This document shows, piece by piece, positions 14,401 to 23,959 of a DNA stretch of 64,000 nucleotides (its first letter is position 1; each line of letters begins with the position of its first letter). The stretch is from Eledone cirrhosa. Taxonomy: Eukaryota. The stretch lies in NCBI GenBank assembly GCA_964016885.1, contig OZ024740.1:169570001-169634000 (forward strand), in the 5' to 3' direction. A program made the position numbers and the translations under genes. The notes under the pieces are model-generated. The model was not told where the DNA came from. It ran no database searches and saw only the letters and a program-made list of their open reading frames with translations.

Positions 14401-14899
14401 TGGTGAGGCTCTTGCACCCTCCACCCCTATCCGCTAATCCCACACAGTCCCAGCGTGCATCTAAGATCCCGTTCCAGTCGCCCACTAACACTAAAGAGCG
14501 GGACGTTCCAAGAAAGGTCTCCAGACGCCGGAAGAAATCAGGCCGCCCTGCTCCTGTCGGGGCATAGACGGCCACTAGCCTGAAAGCTTGCCCGTCTCCG
14601 CTGGTCACGTCCAGCACCACCAGCTTACCCTCTGGGTCCAGGAAGATGGCCCGTATGGCGAGATCCAAACCTCTCCGAAAAAGCACAGCAACTCCTCCAC
14701 CCGATCCAGGACGGCTGGGAGATGCGTACACATCGTAGCCGCCGAAGATCGGTGCGAAGGCCCGTGCTTCGGAGATTCTGGTCTCGCTGATGGCCACTAC
14801 ATCTATGTTTAGTGACCTGAGGTCGTTGAGCAGGTGACCCTGCTTCCATGACGACCCCAAGCCACGCGCATTTATGCTGCCTATTCTGAGTGAGGTCAT
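11480..14899 (-). CDS. ORF2: APE endonuclease + reverse transcriptase + C-terminal CCHC (1139 aa)
   Basis: SINARGL, ISET, VGDWN, YLDR and TDHK APE motifs; FRPITLLN, RQGCPLS and AYADD RT motifs; CPRC..ETVLHALVQC. Confidence 0.96.
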   Translation of the reverse strand: MTSLRIGSINARGLGSSWKQGHLLNDLRSLNIDVVAISETRISEARAFAPIFGGYDVYASPSRPGSGGGVAVLFRRGLDLAIRAIFLDPEGKLVVLDVTSGDGQAFRLVAVYAPTGAGRPDFFRRLETFLGTSRSLVLVGDWNGILDARWDCVGLADRGGGCKSLTNLLRRFELSDRYRLDFPNVPMWTWTNRIGSSRSYLDRVFCREIDRSSIGCPQFKIVSYTDHKFVICVLDLDRLHRRGPGYWKLNASLPARKAYRDRISELVKRALTGAIVNNKWWFALKRAIRIESIRFSKALAIEKNRAEGELVRKLDEALSKGIATDVLAAKLALDQFFNAKHEGCVVRARVRALRHEGTKAVQWARVAEARRGNKATIRSLVDHDGRMLLDPGQMCEAFQRHFAQLFGGSGGPGRGMDFSVYLDGLPRLSATEAKCCEKPITAAEVREAMTGCTRGKSPGLDGLPYELYVQMPDLFGGLLADVYCNWQQNGRIPSSVSRGAVALLRKDPNKGDNIDNFRPITLLNTEFKILAKVLAKRLALVVGGLVGEAQTCAIPDRSIHDNLHLMRYIVERVAREPGTGGSLINLDQSKAFDRVDHRYLAAVLRAAGFGPVFRGWIAAMHSDICSVVRVNGHLSEPFNIMRSVRQGCPLSSLLYVLTLEPLLHKLETLRGVPRELGCGRSVSAYADDVTVVVSNAKHIEAIGTTLREYEAVTGAMINQEKSVGLQLGTWRGRSMPSNSVVGRWTDGPVKLLGVWFGPDLQTDKNWDEVTSRVASLTQKWAERKLSLKGRAEVANAYIASVICYRLTVVPCPKPRLTALERLLFRFLWKGRAPMVRRSICCQHPLRGGLGMPWLMMRRHALRLRHLHLFLDGDQVWSPFARRVFPQLVSLTELQSWVKRRPRGSAWRLECLQALTALDQSGNVIGGNSTSAFYRGLVEGKSDDVLGETLGVDENQLANLFGRTFGPGPMDNFQKSLAWQCYRGALPVRDKLYRHGGAVSRACPRCAQSDETVLHALVQCPKIADLWVYVEHLLSRLGRIQLSSESIVRIAPPSSFSREGQAVFICLVAMAKEIVWWTRLKGLKTSTYLFGDALIDFFKFHLKRKIRVEKEVLSSQHFVERWVREARMARVNGPTLSIYL

Positions 14900-14933
14900 G
14901 TTTAAATAGAGTGGAAAAGATGGGAAAGACCAC

Positions 14934-17027
14934 TTACCGTACTTTTGGTAGAGGAGGGATGGTTTTTACATCCCTTTTCACTTGATCGTCTGGTGAAGGG
15001 ACCGTTGAATCGTCCCTTCGGCTGGTCGTCGGCTCTTCTAAGAGAATGTCTGAATATACTCTTCGATTGATGGTTCCTCCTAGGTCCCTGAAATCACCAA
15101 CTGCGTTGGGGAATTTCGTTTTAATGTTTGTGTATTGTTTCTGTGCTATTTTTAGCAGTCTTATGTTAGTTGGCGTTTTGATTGGTGCTGGTATTATGTA
15201 GTCCTGTTGTGAAATGTCTGTGTGTTCAATTATGTAAGTCATTAGTTTCTTGTTGTGTGTGTTTATTGCCGTGCATTTGTTTTTCTGGGGGTGGGGTGTG
15301 GTTCTGCTATTTTCTTGTCGTTGTTGCTGGGTGTGTGTGTTTTGTTGTTGTGTTTGCGATGTTGGTGCTTGTGGTGGTGGTGTTGAAGGTGTTGTTGGCG
15401 GTGGGGTTGTCGCCGGTGGTGATGGTGGTGCTGGTGTGGGTGGTGATGGTGTTGGTGGTGTTGCTGCTGTGGGTCTCTTTGCAGTAGACTTTACCCTTTT
15501 CTCATTTCTTTCCTCCCTTTTCAAAGGCGACGATGCGCTGCTTCTGCGTTTGTGCCTTCTTGCGACCTTTTGCCATCCCTCTCCCACCTCACACTCCATG
15601 TCTGATTCTGTAAGGTCGGGGAGGGGTACCAGCTCCACTCTTTCACTTGTTGTTGTTGGTGATGTTTGCACTGGAGTCTCTGTTGCAGCTGCATTTGGTA
15701 TTGCTGTTGTTGTTGTTAATATTTCCACTGCTGCTGCTGTCTTTGATTTCCGTGGAATGGGTATGGGTGCCACGGACCTATCGTTCCTGGTTGCCGCTTG
15801 TCCTGTTGCTGGTAGCCGTGGAGCCGGATTCGGAAGGAGGGGGGTTTTCTCCTTTCTCAGGGTTTTCTCGTTGCAGAAGGCCCTGAGGTGAGTCTTCGAT
15901 CCACAGCGAAAGCATTTCGGGCGTTTGCCCTCAACACTTATGGGCAGTTGAGTGCCGTTATCGAAGTCTATCACATCCGGGATAGCTTCGATGCACTCCT
16001 GGTTGGTTTGGATTAGCATCTCAATGGAGGAGCCGACCCAATCTTCTCTTACTTTTTTCTGTACTTGCAGTACAGTTGTTTTGTCCTCGATTCCGACGAG
16101 GACAGACGCGGCCAGCCAAGAAGGGGTCATTCCGGGGGGGACGTGGGTCAGTTTGACCCTCACAATTTTTTGCCCGCAGTAGGAGGGCACCAACACCATT
16201 TCCTCGCTCCTTAGGGTCACTACTGATTGGGCCTTTGCCTCCTGGGGTGTGGCAAAAAGTACGTCTACGGTGGCGTATTTTTTGCCTCGGGTGATGTGCG
16301 TTTTCCTCTGCCACACAGACCCCAAGGCTTTTTGTATTTGGGCCTCTGTGGCTCTTTCCACCCTACGGGATTTTGTACTTACTGTACGGTACGTGACCGT
16401 ACAGTGCTCTTGGGTTTCGAAAAAATTTTTCGCTGCCTTGCAGATTGCTCGGTGTCCGTTCTTTGTCACCATCTTCTTCGCTTCCTCTAATTCCTCATTT
16501 GTTATGAGGATTGTTTCCAAGTTTTTCGCAATACCTGCAAATGAGATTGGTTTTTCTCTGCTGTTGTTGTTGTCGTCAGAGCTGCTGGTACTTTTGTTGC
16601 TGCAGGTACTACGACTACTGCCTCCGCCGCTGTTGCTGTGGTTGTTGTTGGTGTTGCTGCTGCTAATGCTGTTGTTGTTTATGCTGCTGGTGATGCTGTT
16701 GCGGCTGCTACTGTTGTTTTCATTGTCACTGTTGCTGTTGTTATTACGGCTGCTACTGCTATTATTCCTGACGTCAGACGAATGAACTGGGTTTTCGTAT
16801 TTCCCGCACACCTGTTTCGTCGCTGTCGTCGTCGTCGTGGAGAAACCTTGCACGCTTTGCACGAGACTTTTCTTTTCTTTCGTCGCTTGCGAAAGAGAAG
16901 GGAGGGAGAGAGACACATTTAAAGAAGGGAGGGAGAGAGACAATCTTCTCTCTGCTGTAGTGATGATTGAGGAAGAAGAAGACGGAATGAGTGGGAGTGA
17001 CGTATGAAATTTCTTTTTCGTAGCCAT
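14934..17027 (-). CDS. ORF1: gag-like nucleic-acid-binding protein with CCHC zinc knuckle (697 aa)
   Basis: CFRCGSKTHLRAFC (CX2CX4HX4C) preceded by an RRM-like region; Ser/Asn- and Pro/Thr-rich segments; ends 34 nt before ORF2. Confidence 0.9.
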   Translation of the reverse strand: MATKKKFHTSLPLIPSSSSSIITTAERRLSLSLPSLNVSLSLPSLSQATKEKKSLVQSVQGFSTTTTTATKQVCGKYENPVHSSDVRNNSSSSRNNNSNSDNENNSSSRNSITSSINNNSISSSNTNNNHSNSGGGSSRSTCSNKSTSSSDDNNNSREKPISFAGIAKNLETILITNEELEEAKKMVTKNGHRAICKAAKNFFETQEHCTVTYRTVSTKSRRVERATEAQIQKALGSVWQRKTHITRGKKYATVDVLFATPQEAKAQSVVTLRSEEMVLVPSYCGQKIVRVKLTHVPPGMTPSWLAASVLVGIEDKTTVLQVQKKVREDWVGSSIEMLIQTNQECIEAIPDVIDFDNGTQLPISVEGKRPKCFRCGSKTHLRAFCNEKTLRKEKTPLLPNPAPRLPATGQAATRNDRSVAPIPIPRKSKTAAAVEILTTTTAIPNAAATETPVQTSPTTTSERVELVPLPDLTESDMECEVGEGWQKVARRHKRRSSASSPLKREERNEKRVKSTAKRPTAATPPTPSPPTPAPPSPPATTPPPTTPSTPPPQAPTSQTQQQNTHTQQQRQENSRTTPHPQKNKCTAINTHNKKLMTYIIEHTDISQQDYIIPAPIKTPTNIRLLKIAQKQYTNIKTKFPNAVGDFRDLGGTINRRVYSDILLEEPTTSRRDDSTVPSPDDQVKRDVKTIPPLPKVR

Positions 17028-17242
17028 GTTGTTTTTTGTTTAAAATGAAATTTTGGGTACAAAACCCCAATAACTGATTATTTAACCCCGAAGGGCCAAA
17101 TAACGGACAGAAAGACCCCTCTCACGAGGAGGAGGGTGTCTTTATCAACAATTTGGTTCAAGTTTTAAACAATTTACAATTGTTTTAACGGTTAAAAATT
17201 ACTATACCTTACAGAGCCGAGCCTCCGTCAACCATGGCATTC

Positions 17243-17280
<38 letters not shown>

Positions 17281-17285
17281 GATAA
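17243..17285. repeat. (TAA)n between the head-to-head 5' ends of the Tx1-like and family A elements
   Basis: Directly visible. Confidence 0.97.
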
Positions 17286-20200
17286 GGGAAGAAGACGCAC
17301 GAGGTGGTTGAACGTCACGAAATTGCTCCCGTAAGTTTTTTGATTTTTAACATATTTAAATCAATTGTGAAAGAACAATTCTTAGCACAAATGTTGCATA
17401 AAGGCACCGAATGAGGTCCCATAAAGTTTCGGATCCATATTATATTGTTGTATCGCTCAAATATTCAATTTTGTATGATATATTTTGTATTCAAAAAAAG
17501 AAAATGGTTATAAATGGAACAAAACACCCTCTGTCTACACTATATAGAACAGCGGCAATTTCAATTTCACCAACACCAGAAACTTGATACACTACCTATC
17601 CCATCACACTAAATATAACGGCAACTTCACCGGCATCATAATAATAATTACTATTATTATTGTCTCAAATTTAAAAAAATGTTTAATTCAAATTTTACGG
17701 GAATATGTCAACACAAAATATAATGAAAATATATATTAAACATACGAACACAAACTCATAGATACTATATCAGTAACCACAACACCACCGCTGCCACCTC
17801 CCCACCACATCCATCATCGCCGCCACCACTCATTCAATGCTACTGACACTATTCCCCTGTTAACTTGAGAGAGAAAAGGGAAGGTGGTGGTAGCACTAGA
17901 CAAGAGAGAGGCTAGCAAAAGATATAAATAGATTGACTTGGTGACCTTGCCACGGACAAACGTCTACATCAACAATTATGGGACTGCTGGCTCACCCCTT
18001 CCTCACCAACAATATAAAAAGCCCCGGCACCACCACCGACATAGCCAGCAGCAATAACAGCCAACTACAACAAAAAGTATATTATATTATTGTAATGCAC
18101 TGGGTGATTGCTGGCCTTGTCCCTGGAGTGGAGACAATTATTAATAATTTCATTCTTAAGCCACGCAATGCTCACATTAAGGTACCACTCATGATAATAA
18201 CAATTTAAAAAAAACAACAAAAAGAAAACCCCGTGACCAAGAAATACCGGGATGGCGGCCGGCGGGGAATAGCCATGTCTCTAGGGGAGAACGACCCCTC
18301 TAGTCTTGGTTGACACTCGTTCTAGAAGTGGTAACACGAAAAGATTACCCCTTGGCGGTTAAGGATAAAACGCGACAAAATAAGGTAGATGTCTAATGAT
18401 GAAATCTCATACCGGATCGGCCGTCACCCGGGTAAAAAAGGGCCGCGTCCCTCAGAGAGGAACCAGACTGGGGTCGAAAAATCAGCTAATGGTTCAAACC
18501 TTCCCATCACTTCGGAGCTGGAGACCTCCCATAACCGGAATACTCCTACTGTTGGCCCTCCATGCTCACCACCAAGAAATCCAAAGAAAAAGAGAGAAAA
18601 ATGGTCAAGGGAAGATAATAAAGAAGTCCTTGAGGCTTTCTACACTGCCATGTACTACCCATCAAATACATCGAATACAGAGCAAACATATATCAACTGG
18701 AAAAAGAAACATCCCGAAAACAGAGGCTATATTGACAGTAACAAACTAGCCAATATACGAAGAAATATTGTAAGAAAAAAGTTACTAACTGATATAGAAA
18801 TTGATCAGATCAAGCTAGTAGCACAAAGTCAGCGAAGGGAAAATGAAGCATGTGTCAGTGAAAACGAGGTAAACTGTAACACTTCGAATCCCAGAGTTGG
18901 GGCGGAATCACTGGCAACAGAACAAATTAAAGAAAGGAGCGAAAAAGTGGAGGGAGTGCATGCTCAGGATGAAACTCCAAATGAAAATAATGAGATCGTA
19001 AATGATAAAGAAATGAATGAGAATGAACTTGCCAACTTGAAGGATGAAATTATGATCGAATGGATGAAAATAAAAGAATCTGACATGGGGGAACGAGACA
19101 CCCTCCATAAGATCCAGAACTCCAAACAGAACCAAAAGATAATACACAAGACTAACATAATTCTCAAAAACATTATCATCACAAACAAAATAAACATTAC
19201 TGACTTAAATCATCTCTATTATGCATCGGCTAAAGTCACCACTCACTTATGTGGAGTGAAGATGAAAAAACAAAGGAATTCCCACAAGAAATCTACTTGG
19301 CAAGATAACATCAATCGCCAAATAAACCTTCTCCGATCTGACATAGATATTTTAACAAACTATAAAGTAGGTGAACATGTTAAACAAACTAAACTTAGAA
19401 AATTGAAAAAAAAGTACAGTATAAGATCAACATGTGACATAGACATGCTGATAGAAACAATCAAGCAAAAAGTGTCGGCCAAAGCTGCTCGTATAAGGCG
19501 CTTTGAAAAACGATCTAGATTCTATAAGGACAATAATATGTTCAAAAACAACCAAAGAAACTTCTACAGAAAAATTGGTAAGTCAACAATAACTGCTAAA
19601 TCAATACCACCCAAGGAGGAAGTGCAAGAATTCTGGGAAAAGATCTGGGCCGAAGAAAAAGTTCATAACATACATGCCCCATGGATAGACAGACAAATGA
19701 AAGAAACAGCTCACCTTGAAGAACAAACATGGGAAAATATAACAGTTGAACAGCTGCGCTTGGCTCTAAGAAAAACCAGCAAATGGAAATCCCCAGGAAA
19801 AGACAAAATACAAAACTTTTGGATAAATGCCTTCACAGAGTCTCATGAGCTGTTAGCCCAACTTTACAATGAAATAGTTAAGGAGCCAGAAAAGATACCA
19901 TCATGGCTAGTTAACGGCATTACATTCCTGCTACCGAAGAATGATGAGACAAACAATCCCAAAAATTACAGACCGATAACCTGCTTGACCACAATGTATA
20001 AAATTTTAACATCAGTCCTAACTGAATACACATATGACCACCTGATAACAAATGACCTATTTCCCATTGAGCAGAAAGGGTGTAAACGAGGCTCATATGG
20101 CTGTAAGGATCAGCTTCTGGTTAACAAAATGATACTGGAAGATTGTCATAATAGACACAAAAATCTATCGATTGCTTGGATAGATTATAAAAAAGCATTT

Positions 20201-22179
20201 GATAGTTTGCCACACAGTTGGATTGAAAAATGTTTAGAGATTTTCAAAATATCCCCCGTTGTCAGGAGGTTTTTGTCATTCAGTATGAGGACATGGAGAA
20301 CGACACTCCTTTTGAATAGTGAAACAAAATCACTGGAAGCTGGAGAAGTTAACATTAATTGTGGAATTTTTCAGGGTGACTCTTTATCACCGCTTTTATT
20401 ATGCATCGCACTTATACCATTAAGTAAAATGCTCAATGAAACAAAACATGGATATAGAGTCTATGACAAAACCATTAATCACCTGTTCTACATGGATGAC
20501 CTGAAACTATTTTCAAAAAATGATGAACAATTGCAAGGGCTATTATCCACTGTGAAGCAGTTCAGTGATGACATTAAAATGGAGTTTGGACTGGATAAAT
20601 GCGCCAAAGCAACGTTCACCAGAGGAAAGCTGCTGAAGAGTTCAGACATTAATCTTGATCGGGGGAACGTGATAAGAGAGCTTGATCAAGAACAAACTTA
20701 CAAATATCTAGGTGTTTGTGAAGGAGACGGAATCAAGCACTCGACAATGAGGGAAAGGATAAGGAAGGAATGTTACCGCAGAGTCAGAGCAATCTTAAGA
20801 ACGGAATTGAATGCAAGGAATAGGATCGATGCCATAAACACGCTTGCCATACCAGTAGTAACCTACAGTTACAATGTCATCAACTGGTCAAGCACAGAGA
20901 TCCGTAGGCTCGATACAAAAATCCGAAAATTCTTAACCATGCACAGAATGCATCACCCTAAGGCAGACATAGATAGAATATATCTCCCTAGGAAAGAAGG
21001 AGGACGTGGGTTAATCCAGTTAGACATTGCGTTGAAAACTGCAACAATTGGATTATCCACATATCTAAGGGAATCACATGATTGGATGATCAAACTCGTT
21101 TTGAAACACGAAAGCACCAAAAGATCATATTCCATTACAAAAGATGCACAAAGATACAGTAATGGACTACAAATTTCAGAAGTCCCATTTACTGCTGAAA
21201 TGGAAAACACAGAAAAAGCAAAGCAGGTAAAAGTAACTGCAAAGAAAGAACTGCTACAGAAACTGGCTAAGAAATGGCAAGAAAAGCCTCTGTATGGAAA
21301 ATACCCAGAGCGAGCTAACAATCCTGATGTTGACAAAACTTTAACCCATCAGTGGTTGGCATCCTCTGGACTGAAATCGGAGACTGAAGGACTGATTATA
21401 TCCGCACAAGATCAGTGTCTGCCAACAAAAAATTACCAAGCCAACATAATAAAAAATGGGTGCAGCCCACTATGCCGTGTATGCAAAAAACAACCAGAGA
21501 CCATTGACCATATAATTTCAATGTGCAGTCCTATAGCTCCAACCGAATACCTAAACAGGCATGACAGAGCTGCACAATACATACATTGGATAATGTGTAA
21601 GCATTTTGACCTGCCCCATCAAAAGAATTGGTGGGAGCATCAACCACCTCCCATACTTGAAAAAGATCACATCTCAATCTTGTGGAACTTTAGCATCCAA
21701 ACAGACCGAAAAATAGATGCAAATAGACCTGATATAATATTGAAGGACTTTAAAAAGAGGGTATGCCTGCTAATTGATATGTCTGTTCCAATAGACAAGA
21801 ATGTATCTATAAAAACATTTGAAAAATTGAGCAAGTATAAGGACCTGGAGATAGAAATTGGAAAAATGTGGAAATTGAGAACTAAAACAATACCAGTGGT
21901 TGTAGGCGCTCTGGGAATGATACCTAAGGGGTCTAACGACTACTTATCGCAAATCCCAGGAAACCCGCGTATAGGAGAAATACAAAAGATAGTACTAATG
22001 GGAACTGCCCATATACTAAGGAAGATCCTGTCAATATAAGTACATCACAAGTCTAAACACTAAGGATGCATGTGTGAATATGTGTGTTCTTTCTTGAACA
22101 TGGCGGACCTTGTTGTCTCTTGAGGTCACTGGTTGTGACTTGGTGATAACTCGTATAAACATAAAGCAAGATAAATGCA

Positions 22180-22181
<2 letters not shown>
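17286..22181 (+). mobile_element. Full-length, apparently intact R4/Dong-like element, family A (about 4.9 kb)
   Basis: Same 5' terminus as family B, 1.1-kb leader, single intact ORF, 3' UTR, then TAA/GAT repeats at 22182-22301. Confidence 0.94.
18389..22039 (+). CDS. Single-ORF RT + CCHC + restriction-like endonuclease (1216 aa)
   Basis: YRPITCL, GIFQGDSLSP, FYMDDLK; CRVC..ETIDHIISMC; RHD; RPDII..IDMSVP; K..KY. No APE domain or N-terminal zinc fingers, as in the R4 clade. Confidence 0.96.
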   Translation: MSNDEISYRIGRHPGKKGPRPSERNQTGVEKSANGSNLPITSELETSHNRNTPTVGPPCSPPRNPKKKREKWSREDNKEVLEAFYTAMYYPSNTSNTEQTYINWKKKHPENRGYIDSNKLANIRRNIVRKKLLTDIEIDQIKLVAQSQRRENEACVSENEVNCNTSNPRVGAESLATEQIKERSEKVEGVHAQDETPNENNEIVNDKEMNENELANLKDEIMIEWMKIKESDMGERDTLHKIQNSKQNQKIIHKTNIILKNIIITNKINITDLNHLYYASAKVTTHLCGVKMKKQRNSHKKSTWQDNINRQINLLRSDIDILTNYKVGEHVKQTKLRKLKKKYSIRSTCDIDMLIETIKQKVSAKAARIRRFEKRSRFYKDNNMFKNNQRNFYRKIGKSTITAKSIPPKEEVQEFWEKIWAEEKVHNIHAPWIDRQMKETAHLEEQTWENITVEQLRLALRKTSKWKSPGKDKIQNFWINAFTESHELLAQLYNEIVKEPEKIPSWLVNGITFLLPKNDETNNPKNYRPITCLTTMYKILTSVLTEYTYDHLITNDLFPIEQKGCKRGSYGCKDQLLVNKMILEDCHNRHKNLSIAWIDYKKAFDSLPHSWIEKCLEIFKISPVVRRFLSFSMRTWRTTLLLNSETKSLEAGEVNINCGIFQGDSLSPLLLCIALIPLSKMLNETKHGYRVYDKTINHLFYMDDLKLFSKNDEQLQGLLSTVKQFSDDIKMEFGLDKCAKATFTRGKLLKSSDINLDRGNVIRELDQEQTYKYLGVCEGDGIKHSTMRERIRKECYRRVRAILRTELNARNRIDAINTLAIPVVTYSYNVINWSSTEIRRLDTKIRKFLTMHRMHHPKADIDRIYLPRKEGGRGLIQLDIALKTATIGLSTYLRESHDWMIKLVLKHESTKRSYSITKDAQRYSNGLQISEVPFTAEMENTEKAKQVKVTAKKELLQKLAKKWQEKPLYGKYPERANNPDVDKTLTHQWLASSGLKSETEGLIISAQDQCLPTKNYQANIIKNGCSPLCRVCKKQPETIDHIISMCSPIAPTEYLNRHDRAAQYIHWIMCKHFDLPHQKNWWEHQPPPILEKDHISILWNFSIQTDRKIDANRPDIILKDFKKRVCLLIDMSVPIDKNVSIKTFEKLSKYKDLEIEIGKMWKLRTKTIPVVVGALGMIPKGSNDYLSQIPGNPRIGEIQKIVLMGTAHILRKILSI

Positions 22182-22220
<39 letters not shown>

Positions 22221-22260
22221 CGACGACGATGATGACGATGATGATGATGATAATGATAAC

Positions 22261-22302
<42 letters not shown>

Positions 22303-23068
22303 TTTTAGAATAGGCACATGGTCACACAATTGACTATTGCGAATCACATTAAATCGACCACATAGTGCTTAAACTGCTTTAGGAATTCTGGGAAGAAGGA
22401 AGGCAAGTCAAACTCAGAAGGATCTTAAATCAGAAGGCAAAGGGACGTAACAGAATACCTCAAATTGTTTACTCCACCATTTTATGTTTTTATGAGAAGC
22501 TTATACATATGATATCCAGTTATACTTTAATCTTGATTATGAAAAATAAAATAAAACCGAATAAATAAGTGGTATTATGATTGCATTTTCTGGATACATA
22601 TAAAAAAAAATAATGTTCATTGTCTATTAAGGTTTATTATATGTCAAATGATTTCACTGTCTGTGCTTTTGAACGTATTGATTGTTTTTCTTCCTTATTT
22701 ATACATTCCATCACTGCTGTTATTTCTGATTCTTTGGTACACATATTTGTTTCATTTTTTTATACAGTATACTTACAACAACGCAAGGACGAATGCTGTA
22801 ATAAGATGAAGTTTTTCGACATCACATATCCGACAAAGTGGGAACTATATTAAATATTTTGGTGGGGTTGGGTTGAGTTTAGTTGGTTGTTATTTGTATA
22901 TGATTTATATTTGTATTATTGTTCCTGCAGATGTTCGTCTTATTCGGTGGACATCGGGTACAGTGATTAGTGATTATGAGAAATTCCAGCTGATGGCAGC
23001 TTTGTGTCACGGTGGTAGAATTATATTGTTTTTCTTTTTTTCTTTCTTTCTTTCTTTCTTTCTTGCTT

Positions 23069-23138
<70 letters not shown>

Positions 23139-23189
23139 TATATATATATATATAACGTGGAAACGTATTTACATTGCAAGTGTGTATGG

Positions 23190-23298
23190 TTAAACAATTG
23201 TATAATCAGTGGTATATTTATTGTTTAGTCTTTCAAGAGTGATTCTGGCTGGTGGTTCTGGTGGTAAAAGTCCAGGATCTTTGACTGGTCGGTAGTGT
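23190..23298 (-). CDS. Dscam: Dscam last coding exon: (R)HYRPVKDPGLLPPEPPARITLERLNNKYTTDYTIV*
   Basis: Acceptor ctctctttccag; phase 2 matches the upstream exon; C-terminal YTIV resembles the DSCAM PDZ-binding YTLV. Confidence 0.8.
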
Positions 23299-23519
23299 CT
23301 GGAAAGAGAGATATGTGTTTATATATATATAGTAACAGATAGGTAAAAAAATCCAAGGTACAGAGCAACTCAAGTCCGTAAGGTGAGTTTGAATATACAT
23401 ATTAAGGACAGTTACTACACCGGCGCCATACCGGGTACATTCATTTCATTGGTCCTGAGGACCAACATGTTCAACCTGTGCCGATGAAAATAAACAGGAC
23501 ATTGTTCGTGTAGGTGTCT

Positions 23520-23755
23520 CGAAAAAAAGCACCAAGCCCACACTGTAAAGTGGGCGTGTAAAGTCATGGCAAAAAGCACTCAGCACACTGTAAAAGTGGT
23601 TGGCACTAGGAAGGGCATCCAGCCGTAGAAAACCAGTAGAAACAGTCCTATATGAGCGAGACCTGATCCAATTTGCCTCTAAATGGGACAAACCCATCTA
23701 ACCCATGTTAACGTGGAAGATAGACATTAAACGATGATGATGGTGATGATGATGA
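23520..23755 (+). mobile_element. SINE/RTE-type retroposon 3' fragment with (GAT)n tail
   Basis: AAAGTGGTTGGCACTAGGAAGGGCATCCAGCCGTAGAAA segment, recognised as a common interspersed-repeat motif, ending in GATGAT repeats; family not assigned. Confidence 0.5.
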
Positions 23756-23854
23756 TATATATATATATACACACAATTATATATAGATATATACAATTAT
23801 ATATACGTATGTAATTGTATATGTATATACAATTACATACATATATATATACAC

Positions 23855-23943
<89 letters not shown>

Positions 23944-23959
23944 CGTATATATACAATTA

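Larger units (their letters stand above)
11215..17242 (-). mobile_element. Full-length L1/Tx1-like non-LTR retrotransposon (about 6.0 kb) inserted in (TAA)n
   Basis: Two intact ORFs, about 215-nt 5' UTR, AATAAA near the 3' end, TAA repeats on both flanks. Confidence 0.93.

Noticed and set aside
2877-21336. Antisense and alternate-frame ORFs overlapping retrotransposon ORFs
   Set aside because: Shadow frames with no recognisable motifs.
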